DNA of 64,000 nucleotides. Source: Candidatus Omnitrophota bacterium. Its GTDB lineage: Bacteria; Omnitrophota; Gorgyraeia; Zapsychrales; Zapsychraceae. The translations under genes and the position numbers were made by a program. Positions 1-9,744 of this stretch are shown here, in pieces (the stretch's first letter is position 1; each line of letters begins with the position of its first letter). The notes beneath the pieces are model-generated. The model saw only the letters and a program-made list of their open reading frames with translations, was not told the origin of the DNA and did no database searches. The DNA is taken from positions 17,824 to 81,823 of the forward strand of contig JADFYJ010000011.1 in the NCBI GenBank assembly GCA_015233115.1. The letters run 5' to 3'.

Positions 1-468
1 AAGGTAATTTTACCGGCGTGGAAGGGATCATTCTCAGAATCATCCTGGTCTCAAGCCCTTTGCCGATTTTGGGACTTTGATTTCTTTCTTGAGAACGTAT
101 GAAAATTCAGGTATTCTTGTTTTGAAAACAAGGAGATTATCTGAGCATGTCCAGAGTAAAAATTAATTCTGAATTAAACCCGCGGGCTAAAAAATTTTCT
201 GCGATAGATTTGCCTAAGAAATTTGGGCATCTTACCTCTCACATTGCGAGCGGTGAACAGATTAATCAAGCTAAGCACGCGGCATATGGGCAAAGAATTC
301 TAAATAATCCGAGTTTTATTGTTTTAAAATAATCTTCAGCGGCCTATAGTCTATCGCCTTTGGCCTGCAAATCCTCGTTTTGCGTAAAAATCACTTGTTT
401 GTTTTTAACTTTGGCGCTAAAATGCCCTATTCTTTTAATTTCACTAATTATATAGAGAGGCGGTTTTT

Positions 469-2577
469 ATGTCTGATAGTTGCTGTGGGTGTTCCGGTGA
501 TTCGAAATCAAATAAAAATTCCAAAAATCTGGAAGGATTTTTTAATCCTAAAAGTGTCGCAGTTATTGGCGCGTCCGCTAATCCGGCCAAGATCGGATTT
601 CAGATTTTAAATAATATTGTCGTTGGAGGATATGCGGGTGAGGTGTATCCGATTAATCCAAATGACGCGGAAATTTTAGGAAAAAAAGCTTATAAAACGG
701 TTGGCGATGTGGCGGGCAAAATTGATCTGGCTATCATCACTATCCCGGCGAAATTTGTTATCGCGTCTTTGGAAGAATGCGCGAAAAAAGGCATTAAAAA
801 TGTGGCGATTATCACGTCTGGTTTTGGAGAGGTTGGCAATCATAAAGATGAAGACCGTTTGAAACAGATCGCGGATGAAAACGGCATAGCGTTTATCGGG
901 CCGAATATTCTTGGCTTATTGTATATGCCTTCAAAATTGAACGCGAGTTTCGGGCCAAGCGATGTGTTACCGGGCAAAATCGCATTTATTTCACAGAGCG
1001 GGGCTTTGGCCATAGCTTTGATGGGTTGGACCGCAAAAGAAAAAATCGGGTTGTCCGCGCTGGTAAGTCTTGGTAACAAAGCGGATATAGGCGAGAAAGA
1101 ATTGATTGAATATTTTAATAATGACAAAAATGTTGATGTGAATTTGATTTACATGGAAGGCTTGACTGATGGCCGAAAATTTTTGCAGACTAAAGTTGAG
1201 AAGCCAGTTATCGTTTTAAAAGTCGGACGTTCCGCGCGTGGAGCTAAGGCCGCAGCATCGCATACCGGTTCATTGGCAGGTTCAGATGGAGTATTTAATG
1301 CGGCATTTAAACAATTAGGCATGTTGCGCGCCAGTTCTTTTACGGAAGCATTTGGCTGGGCCAGGGCATTATCCCTTCCTATGCCTAAAGGTGATGAAAC
1401 GATAGTCATTACGAACGGCGGTGGTATTGGCGTGGCTACAACTGACGCGTGCGAAGATGCAGGTATTAAATTAATGGAAGATACGGCTTGGACAGAAGGT
1501 AAGTTCCGCTGTACTATGCCGGATTTTGGAAGTACCAAAAATCCGATTGATATTACCGGCGGAAGCGGAGTTCAAGGATACCGTGACGCGTCGAGAATCG
1601 CGTTTACAGAAGACAGAGTCAACAATGTGATCGTATTGTATTGCGAAACAGCTGTCACAGATCCGGTGGAAGTGGCTAAAGCGGTTTATGATGAATGGGA
1701 AAAATCCGGCAAGAAAAAACCGGTGACAGTCACGATGGTGGGCGGACAGCGCTCCAGCGACGGGATTGCGTATTTGAATGAACGCCACATTCCAGCTTAT
1801 GATAATGTGGAAGAGGCAGTTTCCGGTTTGAAAGTTTTATACACTTGGAAACGTATTAAAGAGCAGAAAAAAGATAATCCTTCCGTTGAAAAAGCTCCCC
1901 AGCAAGCGATTGATCTAATTAATAAAGTTAAAGCTGAAGGCCGTACAGTTATGTTAGAGCACGAAGCGCGTCAAGTTATGGAATTATGCGGCGTGCCTAC
2001 ACCTCCTTGGGGTTTTGCCGTGAGCGAAGATGACGCGGTCAAACAGGCCAACAGCAAGAATTTGTATCCCATCGCGATGAAGATCGCGTCTGTTGATATT
2101 ATTCATAAAACCGATATGGGTGGTGTGGTTTTAAATATCCGCGACGAACAGGATTTGCGAGCCAAATACCGCGCGATGATGGAACATTTGAAAAAAGTAG
2201 CGCCGACCGCTAAGCTGGACGGTGTCAATTTGATCAAAATGGTCAAAGGTATTGAATGTATTGTGGGCTTAAGCCAGGATCCGCAGTTTGGTCCGATCAT
2301 TATGTTCGGATTGGGCGGGGTTTTTGTGGAAGCGTTAAAAGATGTATCTTTCCGCGTGGTGCCGTTTGGCCCGGTGGAAGCGGAACGGATGATCGGCGAG
2401 ATCAAAGCGAAAAAAATTCTCGACGGTTTCCGCGGGATGAAAGCGCATAAGGAAAGTTTGATCGGCACCATGTGCGCGATTCAGAAATTAGCGCCTTATG
2501 TGAAAGAGATCGATGTTAACCCGATCATGACCAGCGCGGAGGGAAGTTACGCGGTGGATGCTAGAATAATTCTGTAA
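469..2577 (+). CDS. acetate--CoA ligase (ADP-forming), fused alpha/beta subunits (NDP-forming acyl-CoA synthetase)
   Basis: 702 aa. The N-terminal region has a CoA-binding Rossmann motif (KSVAVIGASANPAKIG) followed by a succinyl-CoA-synthetase-alpha-like domain. The C-terminal region is an ATP-grasp beta domain. An RBS lies upstream. Confidence 0.85.
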   Translation: MSDSCCGCSGDSKSNKNSKNLEGFFNPKSVAVIGASANPAKIGFQILNNIVVGGYAGEVYPINPNDAEILGKKAYKTVGDVAGKIDLAIITIPAKFVIASLEECAKKGIKNVAIITSGFGEVGNHKDEDRLKQIADENGIAFIGPNILGLLYMPSKLNASFGPSDVLPGKIAFISQSGALAIALMGWTAKEKIGLSALVSLGNKADIGEKELIEYFNNDKNVDVNLIYMEGLTDGRKFLQTKVEKPVIVLKVGRSARGAKAAASHTGSLAGSDGVFNAAFKQLGMLRASSFTEAFGWARALSLPMPKGDETIVITNGGGIGVATTDACEDAGIKLMEDTAWTEGKFRCTMPDFGSTKNPIDITGGSGVQGYRDASRIAFTEDRVNNVIVLYCETAVTDPVEVAKAVYDEWEKSGKKKPVTVTMVGGQRSSDGIAYLNERHIPAYDNVEEAVSGLKVLYTWKRIKEQKKDNPSVEKAPQQAIDLINKVKAEGRTVMLEHEARQVMELCGVPTPPWGFAVSEDDAVKQANSKNLYPIAMKIASVDIIHKTDMGGVVLNIRDEQDLRAKYRAMMEHLKKVAPTAKLDGVNLIKMVKGIECIVGLSQDPQFGPIIMFGLGGVFVEALKDVSFRVVPFGPVEAERMIGEIKAKKILDGFRGMKAHKESLIGTMCAIQKLAPYVKEIDVNPIMTSAEGSYAVDARIIL

Positions 2578-2608
2578 AAGTGGTAAAGGTGATAAAGGTG
2601 AGGTTGTA
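2578..2608. repeat. tandem heptamer array, GGTAAAG family
   Basis: The sequence ggtaaaggtgataaaggtgaggttgtag lies directly after the ACS stop codon. The same family recurs at 60375-60412. Confidence 0.7.
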
Positions 2609-2652
2609 GTAGGGGCGATCTCCTGATCGCCCGAATCAAAATTGGCGCTTTT
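2609..2652 (+). repeat. REP-like hairpin-terminator element (GTAGGGGCGATCTCCTGATCGCCCG + AACAAAATTATCGCTTTT tail), direct copy
   Basis: An 8-bp GC stem GGGCGATC/GATCGCCC with loop TCCT, followed by a conserved tail and a T-run. It belongs to a family of about 10 copies in this window. Confidence 0.8.
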
Positions 2653-2675
2653 GGGGTTGTTAAAATGATTTTAAA

Positions 2676-2709
2676 GCATTGATGCGGGCGATCAGGAGAT
2701 CGCCCCTAC
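2676..2709 (-). repeat. REP-like hairpin element, inverted copy
   Basis: The sequence gcattgatgcgggcgatcaggagatcgcccctac is the reverse complement of the family consensus. With the 2609-2652 copy it forms an inverted pair. Confidence 0.75.
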
Positions 2710-2755
2710 GAAAAAAACGTTGTTTTTTAAATAACGTATCATAGGAGAAAAAATC

Positions 2756-4372
2756 GTGGCAGAAATGAATAAAGAAAATATAAAACAAACTCAGCCTGTG
2801 CCTGGAACAACTGCGGTTAAAAGAAAGCTTATCAGGATGGTTGTTCCGGCATATGCCGCGTTTAACATTTATTCGGCTGTCGCGAATAAAACAACGGCTT
2901 TAGGTCCGGTGGCTTTGGCGACTGTGATCAACAAGATGGATGAATGGGACGTAGAGATCATTGATGAAAATAATCTGCGTCTTTACGGCCCTAAAGGATT
3001 TCCCCGGGGAGCTGACCACGAGTTTATTCAAAAAATCAGACCAGCGGATATGGTGGGCCTTTATGGCGGCTTAACCAGCACCATTCCTCGTTTATATGAA
3101 ATCGCGAAATTTTATAAAAGTCAGGGCGTATTTGTCATGGCCGGCGGCCAGCATTTTGCGGATGACAATATTGAAGAAGCGTTACGCTCCAATATTGACT
3201 TGGTTTGCACCGGCGAAGGCGAAGATACGGTGAGAGAATTTTTGACCGCGTATGCCCAGAATAAAGATTACAAAAATATTAAAGGTTTGGCTTTTCTTCA
3301 GAATAATAAATTAGTCATTAATCCGGAACGCGAACAGATTCAGGATCTGGACCGCTTACCTCTGCCAGATTTTTCTTTGGTGCGTTATGCCAAGATCACG
3401 CTGTATCCGATCGGACGTATCCGCGGTTGCGGTATGGATTGCGAATTTTGCACAGTTAAAGGAAAGCCGCGCTGCGCTTCACCGGAACATTTCATGGAAA
3501 ACATCCGTCATCTGGTCGAGACCCGTGACGCGAAACATTTCTTTATGGTGGATGACTTATTCGGTCAATACCGTAATGAGACGATCCGTTTTTGCAACAT
3601 GTTAAGGGATTATCAATTATCTATTGGCAAGCGTTTGGATTTTACAGCCCAGATTCGTTTGGATAAGGCGAAGGATACGGAATTATTAACGGCCATGCGT
3701 GAAGCCGCTATTAACGCGGTGGCTATTGGTTTTGAATCGCCGATTGAGGAAGAATTGATCGCGATGAAAAAACAAATCCGTCCGCAGGATATGGTGAATT
3801 TAGCGCGTATCTATCATAAATTCGGTTTTCTCGTCCACGGGATGTTTATTTTCGGTTATCCTCCGAAAGAAGGCGTGGAAAAGACGAATATGTCCATGGA
3901 GGAACGCGTTAAACGGTTTAAGAAATTTTTTAGAGATGCCAAGATCGATACTGTGCAAGTTTTACTGCCAGTGCCTTTACCTGGAACAGAGTTACGAGAC
4001 CGGTTAGTGAAACAGGGCCGGGTTTATCCTTTGGAACAGATTGGCTGGGAATATTATGACGGTAATTTTCCGATTTTTGAACCGGATCCGCCTATTACAG
4101 CAGAAGAATTACATTTGGCTGTGCGTAAAATCATGGGTCATTTTTATCAATATAAGTCAGTGCTCTGGGTGATTCTGCATACTTTCTCACTGCCGCATAT
4201 TGTATTTTTCTTCCACCATTTTAAAAAAGGCTGGGCGAGCTGGAAACGCCGCTGGAAGCATAGTTTATTGCGTATGGGCGGATGGGGTATTTTGTCCAAC
4301 TGGATCGCTGAATTCAACAAAAATCCGTTTTCGGAAAAATTGACTAAAGCCAAACAAGCACTAAAAAAGTAA
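2756..4372 (+). CDS. B12-binding domain radical SAM protein
   Basis: 538 aa. It has an N-terminal cobalamin-binding-like domain and a CxxxCxxC motif (GCGMDCEFC). GTG start is 8 nt after AGGAG. Confidence 0.75.
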   Translation: MAEMNKENIKQTQPVPGTTAVKRKLIRMVVPAYAAFNIYSAVANKTTALGPVALATVINKMDEWDVEIIDENNLRLYGPKGFPRGADHEFIQKIRPADMVGLYGGLTSTIPRLYEIAKFYKSQGVFVMAGGQHFADDNIEEALRSNIDLVCTGEGEDTVREFLTAYAQNKDYKNIKGLAFLQNNKLVINPEREQIQDLDRLPLPDFSLVRYAKITLYPIGRIRGCGMDCEFCTVKGKPRCASPEHFMENIRHLVETRDAKHFFMVDDLFGQYRNETIRFCNMLRDYQLSIGKRLDFTAQIRLDKAKDTELLTAMREAAINAVAIGFESPIEEELIAMKKQIRPQDMVNLARIYHKFGFLVHGMFIFGYPPKEGVEKTNMSMEERVKRFKKFFRDAKIDTVQVLLPVPLPGTELRDRLVKQGRVYPLEQIGWEYYDGNFPIFEPDPPITAEELHLAVRKIMGHFYQYKSVLWVILHTFSLPHIVFFFHHFKKGWASWKRRWKHSLLRMGGWGILSNWIAEFNKNPFSEKLTKAKQALKK

Positions 4373-4393
4373 CAGAGTAACCGAGTAACACAG
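4368..4393. repeat. tandem heptamer array, AGTAACA family
   Basis: The sequence agtaacagagtaaccgagtaacacag overlaps the stop codon of the radical SAM gene. Confidence 0.65.
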
Positions 4394-4396
4394 AAA

Positions 4397-4433
4397 AAGC
4401 GATTGATGCGGGCGATCGGGAGATCGCCCCTAC
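4397..4433 (-). repeat. REP-like hairpin element, inverted copy
   Basis: The sequence aagcgattgatgcgggcgatcgggagatcgcccctac. Confidence 0.75.
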
Positions 4434-4514
4434 AAAAGCGATAAAATATATTTGTTTTTTTCACCGCTTGCGGGTGTTCCTGGTGTTATGTTGGACATTG
4501 GTTTTTGTTTTTTT

Positions 4515-4560
4515 GTAGGGGCGATCTCCTGATCGCCCGTAAACAAAATTATCGGTTTTT
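4515..4560 (+). repeat. REP-like hairpin-terminator element, direct copy
   Basis: The sequence gtaggggcgatctcctgatcgcccgtaaacaaaattatcggttttt. Confidence 0.8.
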
Positions 4561-4627
4561 GTTTTATAAATTTTAAATTTTTTTTATCGGGAGGGTTTGT
4601 GCCCTCTCCAACAAGAAGGGATTTTGT

Positions 4628-7600
4628 ATGAGTGAGAATGTCAAAAAGATGGTAACTTTGGATGGGAACGAAGCGGTCGCAATGATCGCGCACAAATTGA
4701 GCGAAGTCATCGCGATTTATCCGATTACTCCGTCTTCCTCGATGGGGGAATGGGCGGACCAATGGACAGCGCAGAATCGCGTTAATCTTTGGGGGACTAT
4801 ACCTTTAGTGCAGGAAATGCAAAGCGAAGCTGGCGCTGCCGGGGCTGTTCACGGCGCGTTACAAACTGGTTCTTTGACGACCACGTTTACGGCTTCACAA
4901 GGTTTATTGCTCATGATTCCTAACATGTTTAAAATTGCCGGCGAGTTGACTCCGACGGTATTTCATGTTACTGCTCGTTCTTTAGCTACACAGGCTCTTT
5001 CGATTTTTGGCGACCATTCTGACGTTATGGCAACCCGTTCAACCGGTTTCGCGTTTTTAGTTTCTAATTCTGTTCAAGAAGCAATGGACATGGCTTTGAT
5101 CGCGCATGCCGCGACCTTAGAAGCCCGCGTTCCGATTATGCATTTTTTTGATGGTTTCCGTACTTCTCATGAAGTAGCTAAGATTGAGATTATTTCCGAC
5201 GATGTGATCCGTCAAATGATCAATGATGATTTTGTGACCCAACATCGTCAACGCGCTTTATCTCCGGATCATCCAGTATTACGTGGAACCGCGCAAAATC
5301 CTGACGTATATTTCCAGGGCCGCGAAACAGTAAATAAATATTACGACGCGTGCCCGGCGATTGTTCAGAAATACATGGATAAATTCGCGAAATTAACCGG
5401 ACGTCAATATTCCTTATATGAATATTACGGCGATCAAAACGCGGAAAATGTAGCTGTCATTATGGCTTCCGGCGCAGAAGCTTGCCAGGAAGCAATTGAT
5501 GTTTTGCGTCAAAAGGGTGAAAAGATTGGTGTGTTAAAAGTCAGATTATATCGTCCTTTCGCGATTGAGTCTTTCGTTAATGCGTTACCGAAAACGGTTA
5601 AGAAAATAGCGGTCATGGATCGCACGAAAGAACCGGGCGCTAATGGCGATCCGCTTTATTTAGATGTGATCAATGCTCTATATGAATTACGTAAAACCGG
5701 TAAAACCGCACTGGATCCTTTGGTTATTGGCGGTCGTTATGGTCTTTCGTCTAAAGAATTCACACCAGCTATGGTTAAGGCTATTTTTGATGAATTAAAG
5801 AAGGCTCAGCCGAAACATCATTTTACCGTCGGCATCAATGATGATGTCACGCATACCAGTTTAACGGTGGACGCTTCTTTTATTACTGAAGATCCTAAAG
5901 GTGTGCAGGCGATATTCTATGGTTTAGGTTCTGATGGTACTGTCGGAGCGAACAAGAATTCCATCAAAATTATCGGTGAAGAAACTCCGAATTTCGCGCA
6001 AGGTTATTTCGTGTATGATTCGAAAAAAGCCGGATCTGTCACAGTATCTCACTTGCGTTTCGGGCCGAATCCGATTCATTCCACTTATTTAGTATCAGCG
6101 GCGAATTTTGTGGCTTGCCATCAATTTTCGTTCCTGGAAAAATATGATTTGTTAAGTAAGACCAAAGAAGGCGGCGTGTTCCTTTTGAACAGCCCGTATC
6201 CAGCTGATAAGGTCTGGGATAAATTGCCGCTCGAAGTTCAACAACAAATCATCACCAAAAAATTGAAATTTTATGTCATTGATGGTTATGACGTCGCAGG
6301 CAAAACCGGCATGGGCGTGCGTATCAACACGATTATGCAAACCTGCTTCTTCGCGATTTCCGGCGTGCTTCCCAAAGATGAAGCGATTGCCGCCATTAAA
6401 TACGCGATCAAAAAAGAATATAGTAAAAAAGGGGAAGAGGTTGTTCAGAAGAATTATAACGCTGTTGATCAAACTCTTGAGAATTTACATGAAGTGAAAG
6501 TCCCGGCTACAGCGACCAGCACGATTGTGAAACCTCCGATCGTATCAGACAAAGCTCCGGCTTTTGTCAAAGATGTCTTGGCCGAAATTTTGCTTGGCCG
6601 CGGTGATGATATTCCAGTCAGTAAAATGCCGATTGACGGCACATTCCCTACGGGAACTGCGCAGTGGGAAAAACGTAATATCGCGCTGGAAATTCCGGTA
6701 TGGGATCCGCAAGTGTGTATTCAGTGCGGTAAATGTTCAGCCGTCTGTCCTCACGCGGTTATCCGTATGAAGGTGTATGATCCGAAATGTTTACAAGGCG
6801 CGCCTGTGACCTTCAAATCCATAGATTCCAAAGTGAAAGAATGGGAAGGCAAAAAATGCACGATCCAAGTTGCTGTCGAAGATTGTACCGGATGCGGGGC
6901 ATGCGTGTTTACTTGTCCGGCGAAAAACAAAGCGGATGAAACTAAAAAAGCGATTAACATGTCTCCCCAGATTCCGTTGCGCGAAACTGGAAAAGCGGAT
7001 TGGGAATTTTTCTTAGGGTTACCGGAATTAGATCGTAATTTAGTCAATAAATCTATGATCCGCACGATGGAAGTATTACAACCGTTATTCGAGTTCTCCG
7101 GCGCTTGCGCGGGTTGCGGGGAAACTCCGTATATCAAAATGGTTACCCAGTTATTCGGCGACCGTATGATTATCGGTAACGCAACCGGTTGTTCTTCCAT
7201 TTATGGCGGAAATTTACCGACGACACCATATACAAAAAATAACGAAGGCCGTGGTCCGGCATGGTCAAACTCCTTGTTCGAAGATTGCGCCGAATTTTCA
7301 CTCGGTTTCCGTTTATCCGTTGATAAACAATCGCAATATGCCGCGGAATTATTGAAAAAATTATCCGCCAAACTGGGCGATACTTTAACCACCGCGATTT
7401 TAACCGCGACTCAAAAAGATGAAGCGCAGATTTTTGAACAGCGTAAACGCGTGGCAGAAATGAAGCAAAAATTGCAGGGCGATTCTTCTGCGGAAGCCAA
7501 GCAGTTAATGGGTGTCGCGGATATGTTAGTCAAAAAGAGCGTATGGGCGTTCGGCGGCGACGGTTGGGCGTATGACATTGGTTACGGCGGTTTGGACCAT

Positions 7601-8179
7601 GTTATCGCTTCAGGTAAGAACGTCAACATTTTGGTTATGGATACTGAAGTCTATTCCAATACCGGCGGACAAGCTTCGAAATCAACTCCTCGCGGTGCTG
7701 TGGCAAAATTTGCTGCAGACGGAAAATGGACCGGGAAAAAAGATCTGGGCTTAATGGCGATTGCTTATGGCAACGTATATGTGGCGCAAGTTGCTATGGG
7801 AGCTAATGACGCGCAGACTGTTAAGGCGTTTACAGAGGCGGAAGCTTATGACGGTCCGTCCTTGATTTTAGCGTATTCTCATTGTATCGCGCATGGTATT
7901 AACATGACGACTGCCATGCAAGAACAAAAAAACGCGGTTTTATCCGGCCACTGGTTATTATACCGTTATAATCCTGAATTGGCAGCGCAAGGCAAGAATC
8001 CGTTAACAATTGATTCTCAAGCGCCGAAAATGTCATTCGCGGATTACGCCTACGGCGAAACCCGTTATAAGATGTTAATCAAACAGAATCCCGAACGCGC
8101 GAAACAATTAATCGAGTTAGCGCAAAAAGATACTGACCGTCAAATCAAGTTCTATCAGGGTTTGGCAGGGCAACAATAA
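4628..8179 (+). CDS. nifJ: pyruvate:ferredoxin (flavodoxin) oxidoreductase, single-chain homodimeric type
   Basis: 1183 aa with an N-terminus MSENVKKMVTLDGNEAVA. It has two ferredoxin-type CxxCxxCxxxCP motifs, a TPP-binding GDG motif and the typical NifJ/YdbK domain order. Confidence 0.92.
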   Translation: MSENVKKMVTLDGNEAVAMIAHKLSEVIAIYPITPSSSMGEWADQWTAQNRVNLWGTIPLVQEMQSEAGAAGAVHGALQTGSLTTTFTASQGLLLMIPNMFKIAGELTPTVFHVTARSLATQALSIFGDHSDVMATRSTGFAFLVSNSVQEAMDMALIAHAATLEARVPIMHFFDGFRTSHEVAKIEIISDDVIRQMINDDFVTQHRQRALSPDHPVLRGTAQNPDVYFQGRETVNKYYDACPAIVQKYMDKFAKLTGRQYSLYEYYGDQNAENVAVIMASGAEACQEAIDVLRQKGEKIGVLKVRLYRPFAIESFVNALPKTVKKIAVMDRTKEPGANGDPLYLDVINALYELRKTGKTALDPLVIGGRYGLSSKEFTPAMVKAIFDELKKAQPKHHFTVGINDDVTHTSLTVDASFITEDPKGVQAIFYGLGSDGTVGANKNSIKIIGEETPNFAQGYFVYDSKKAGSVTVSHLRFGPNPIHSTYLVSAANFVACHQFSFLEKYDLLSKTKEGGVFLLNSPYPADKVWDKLPLEVQQQIITKKLKFYVIDGYDVAGKTGMGVRINTIMQTCFFAISGVLPKDEAIAAIKYAIKKEYSKKGEEVVQKNYNAVDQTLENLHEVKVPATATSTIVKPPIVSDKAPAFVKDVLAEILLGRGDDIPVSKMPIDGTFPTGTAQWEKRNIALEIPVWDPQVCIQCGKCSAVCPHAVIRMKVYDPKCLQGAPVTFKSIDSKVKEWEGKKCTIQVAVEDCTGCGACVFTCPAKNKADETKKAINMSPQIPLRETGKADWEFFLGLPELDRNLVNKSMIRTMEVLQPLFEFSGACAGCGETPYIKMVTQLFGDRMIIGNATGCSSIYGGNLPTTPYTKNNEGRGPAWSNSLFEDCAEFSLGFRLSVDKQSQYAAELLKKLSAKLGDTLTTAILTATQKDEAQIFEQRKRVAEMKQKLQGDSSAEAKQLMGVADMLVKKSVWAFGGDGWAYDIGYGGLDHVIASGKNVNILVMDTEVYSNTGGQASKSTPRGAVAKFAADGKWTGKKDLGLMAIAYGNVYVAQVAMGANDAQTVKAFTEAEAYDGPSLILAYSHCIAHGINMTTAMQEQKNAVLSGHWLLYRYNPELAAQGKNPLTIDSQAPKMSFADYAYGETRYKMLIKQNPERAKQLIELAQKDTDRQIKFYQGLAGQQ

Positions 8180-8196
8180 TAAGGTCAAAAGCATTC

Positions 8197-8240
8197 GTAG
8201 GGGCGATCTCCTGATCGCCCGCAACAAAATTATCGCTTTT
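8197..8240 (+). repeat. REP-like hairpin-terminator element, direct copy
   Basis: The sequence gtaggggcgatctcctgatcgcccgcaacaaaattatcgctttt directly follows the PFOR gene. Confidence 0.8.
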
Positions 8241-8248
8241 AAATATAA

Positions 8249-8289
8249 CGGCAGGTGTTGGATGAAAATTCAACATCTGCCGTTTTTTT
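8249..8289 (+). terminator. rho-independent terminator
   Basis: The 12-bp hairpin cggcaggtgttg...caacatctgccg is followed by TTTTTTT. Confidence 0.75.
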
Positions 8290-8345
8290 GTGCATTTATA
8301 TGTTTCAATTTGTGCATAATTATTTGTTGTTTTGTGCATAATAAT
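8287..8345 (+). promoter_or_regulatory. three direct repeats TTTGTGCAT(A/T)(A/T) in the promoter region of the ATPase gene
   Basis: TTGTGCAT occurs at about 8288, 8309 and 8332 in an AT-rich region. This is a candidate operator or promoter array. Confidence 0.3.
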
Positions 8346-8374
8346 GTGCTATGCTTGTGTTCAAGGAGAAGGTC

Positions 8375-9595
8375 ATGAAATATATTACACGCTGGATGGA
8401 AGAAAAGATTGCCCGGACTCTGGAGGTGAATCCCGTTGTTGTTTTGACAGGTCCGAGACAAGTGGGTAAAAGTACCTTATTAGAGCATGCTGATTTTCTA
8501 AAAAGTTGGCGGTATTTGACCTTAGATGATTCGGACGTCTTAGAACAAGCCCAAGAGGATCCTAAAAGTTTACTTTGGGAAAATAGGCCCACTATTATTG
8601 ATGAGGTTCAAAGATGTCCGGAGCTTTTGTTAACGGTTAAGTATTTGGTAGACAAAACCAACAGAAAAAGAAACTTCATTTTATCCGGGTCAGGCAACAT
8701 TTCTTTACGCAAATCTCCCCGAGAAACTTTGGCGGGAAGAGTTAATTATCTGCATTTATCCGGTTTTGGTGCGAGAGAATTATGGGGGTTAGCCCCGCAT
8801 GGAATCTTAAGCCAAGTCTGGGAGGGCAAAGAAATTAAATTTGTGGAAATCCCTTTCCAGCCAGACATGACCCAAGTTGTTTGGCGGGGTAGTTTGCCTG
8901 GAGTCGTTTTGGCTTCTAGTGATAAAATAGCTTTGGAACGGGGAAAAAGTTATATTGATACGTATATTAGCCGGGATATTCAAGATCTGGTGAAGATACG
9001 GCATCCGCAAAATTTTCGTCGGTTAATGGAAGTTTTGGCACAAGCTACTGGATGGGAAAGTGTGCAGGAAGAATTATCTAAAGCCTGTGGAGAGACCAGA
9101 ACTAATGTCAGCCGGTATATAAGTCTTCTGCAAAATACGAATCTTTTATATGAATTAAGGGGGTACACATCTAAAGGGGAGAGAGCGTATAAACAGTCTA
9201 AATATTATTGGTTTGATTCCGGCGCGGCATGTTTATTAGCCGGCATTAATTCGCATGCAGAGTTTAACAAATTAAATATAAAGGGGCGTTATTTTGAAAA
9301 TTTTATTTTTCAACAAATTTATACCTGGGCGTCTTTAGAAACGGTTAGGCCTGAGATTTATTATTGGAAACCAAAGTCGGGAAGTGCGGAGGTTGATTTT
9401 GTAGTGCGCTCGACTGGTCAAGCAATAGGGGTGGAGGTAAAGTCATCGGATAAAATAGACTTTGGAAACACAAAATCAATGAGGGAGTTTCTGAAGACCC
9501 ATCCAGAAGTGAGTAAGGGTATTATCGTATATACAGGACGAAAAATTTTTCCTGTGGCCACAAATATATATGCAGTTCCTTGGGCCATGCTTTAG
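8375..9595 (+). CDS. AAA-family ATPase (DUF4143-type ATP-binding protein)
   Basis: It has a Walker A motif (LTGPRQVGKSTLL) and a C-terminal DUF4143-like region. AAGGAG lies 6 nt before ATG 8375, and an ORF extension to 8351 is also possible. Confidence 0.75.
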   Translation: MKYITRWMEEKIARTLEVNPVVVLTGPRQVGKSTLLEHADFLKSWRYLTLDDSDVLEQAQEDPKSLLWENRPTIIDEVQRCPELLLTVKYLVDKTNRKRNFILSGSGNISLRKSPRETLAGRVNYLHLSGFGARELWGLAPHGILSQVWEGKEIKFVEIPFQPDMTQVVWRGSLPGVVLASSDKIALERGKSYIDTYISRDIQDLVKIRHPQNFRRLMEVLAQATGWESVQEELSKACGETRTNVSRYISLLQNTNLLYELRGYTSKGERAYKQSKYYWFDSGAACLLAGINSHAEFNKLNIKGRYFENFIFQQIYTWASLETVRPEIYYWKPKSGSAEVDFVVRSTGQAIGVEVKSSDKIDFGNTKSMREFLKTHPEVSKGIIVYTGRKIFPVATNIYAVPWAML

Positions 9596-9744
9596 TCATC
9601 TTGAGGCCATTCCTCTCGCCCTTGGCCTGCCTCTTTTCAATCGGTGCCTATTTCTTAAAGTAACCGCTTTCTCAAAATCACCCTTCATATATTGCTTTCC
9701 TTTAATATATACCTAATACTTTATATAGGTGAGAAGGGGGCAAT

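Noticed and set aside
147-332. A 61-aa ORF upstream of the ACS gene, with AAGGAG nearby.
   Set aside because: The SD-to-ATG spacing is too long, the ORF has no recognisable motif, and it lies in the probable promoter and leader region of the ACS gene. I kept it only as a low-probability small protein.
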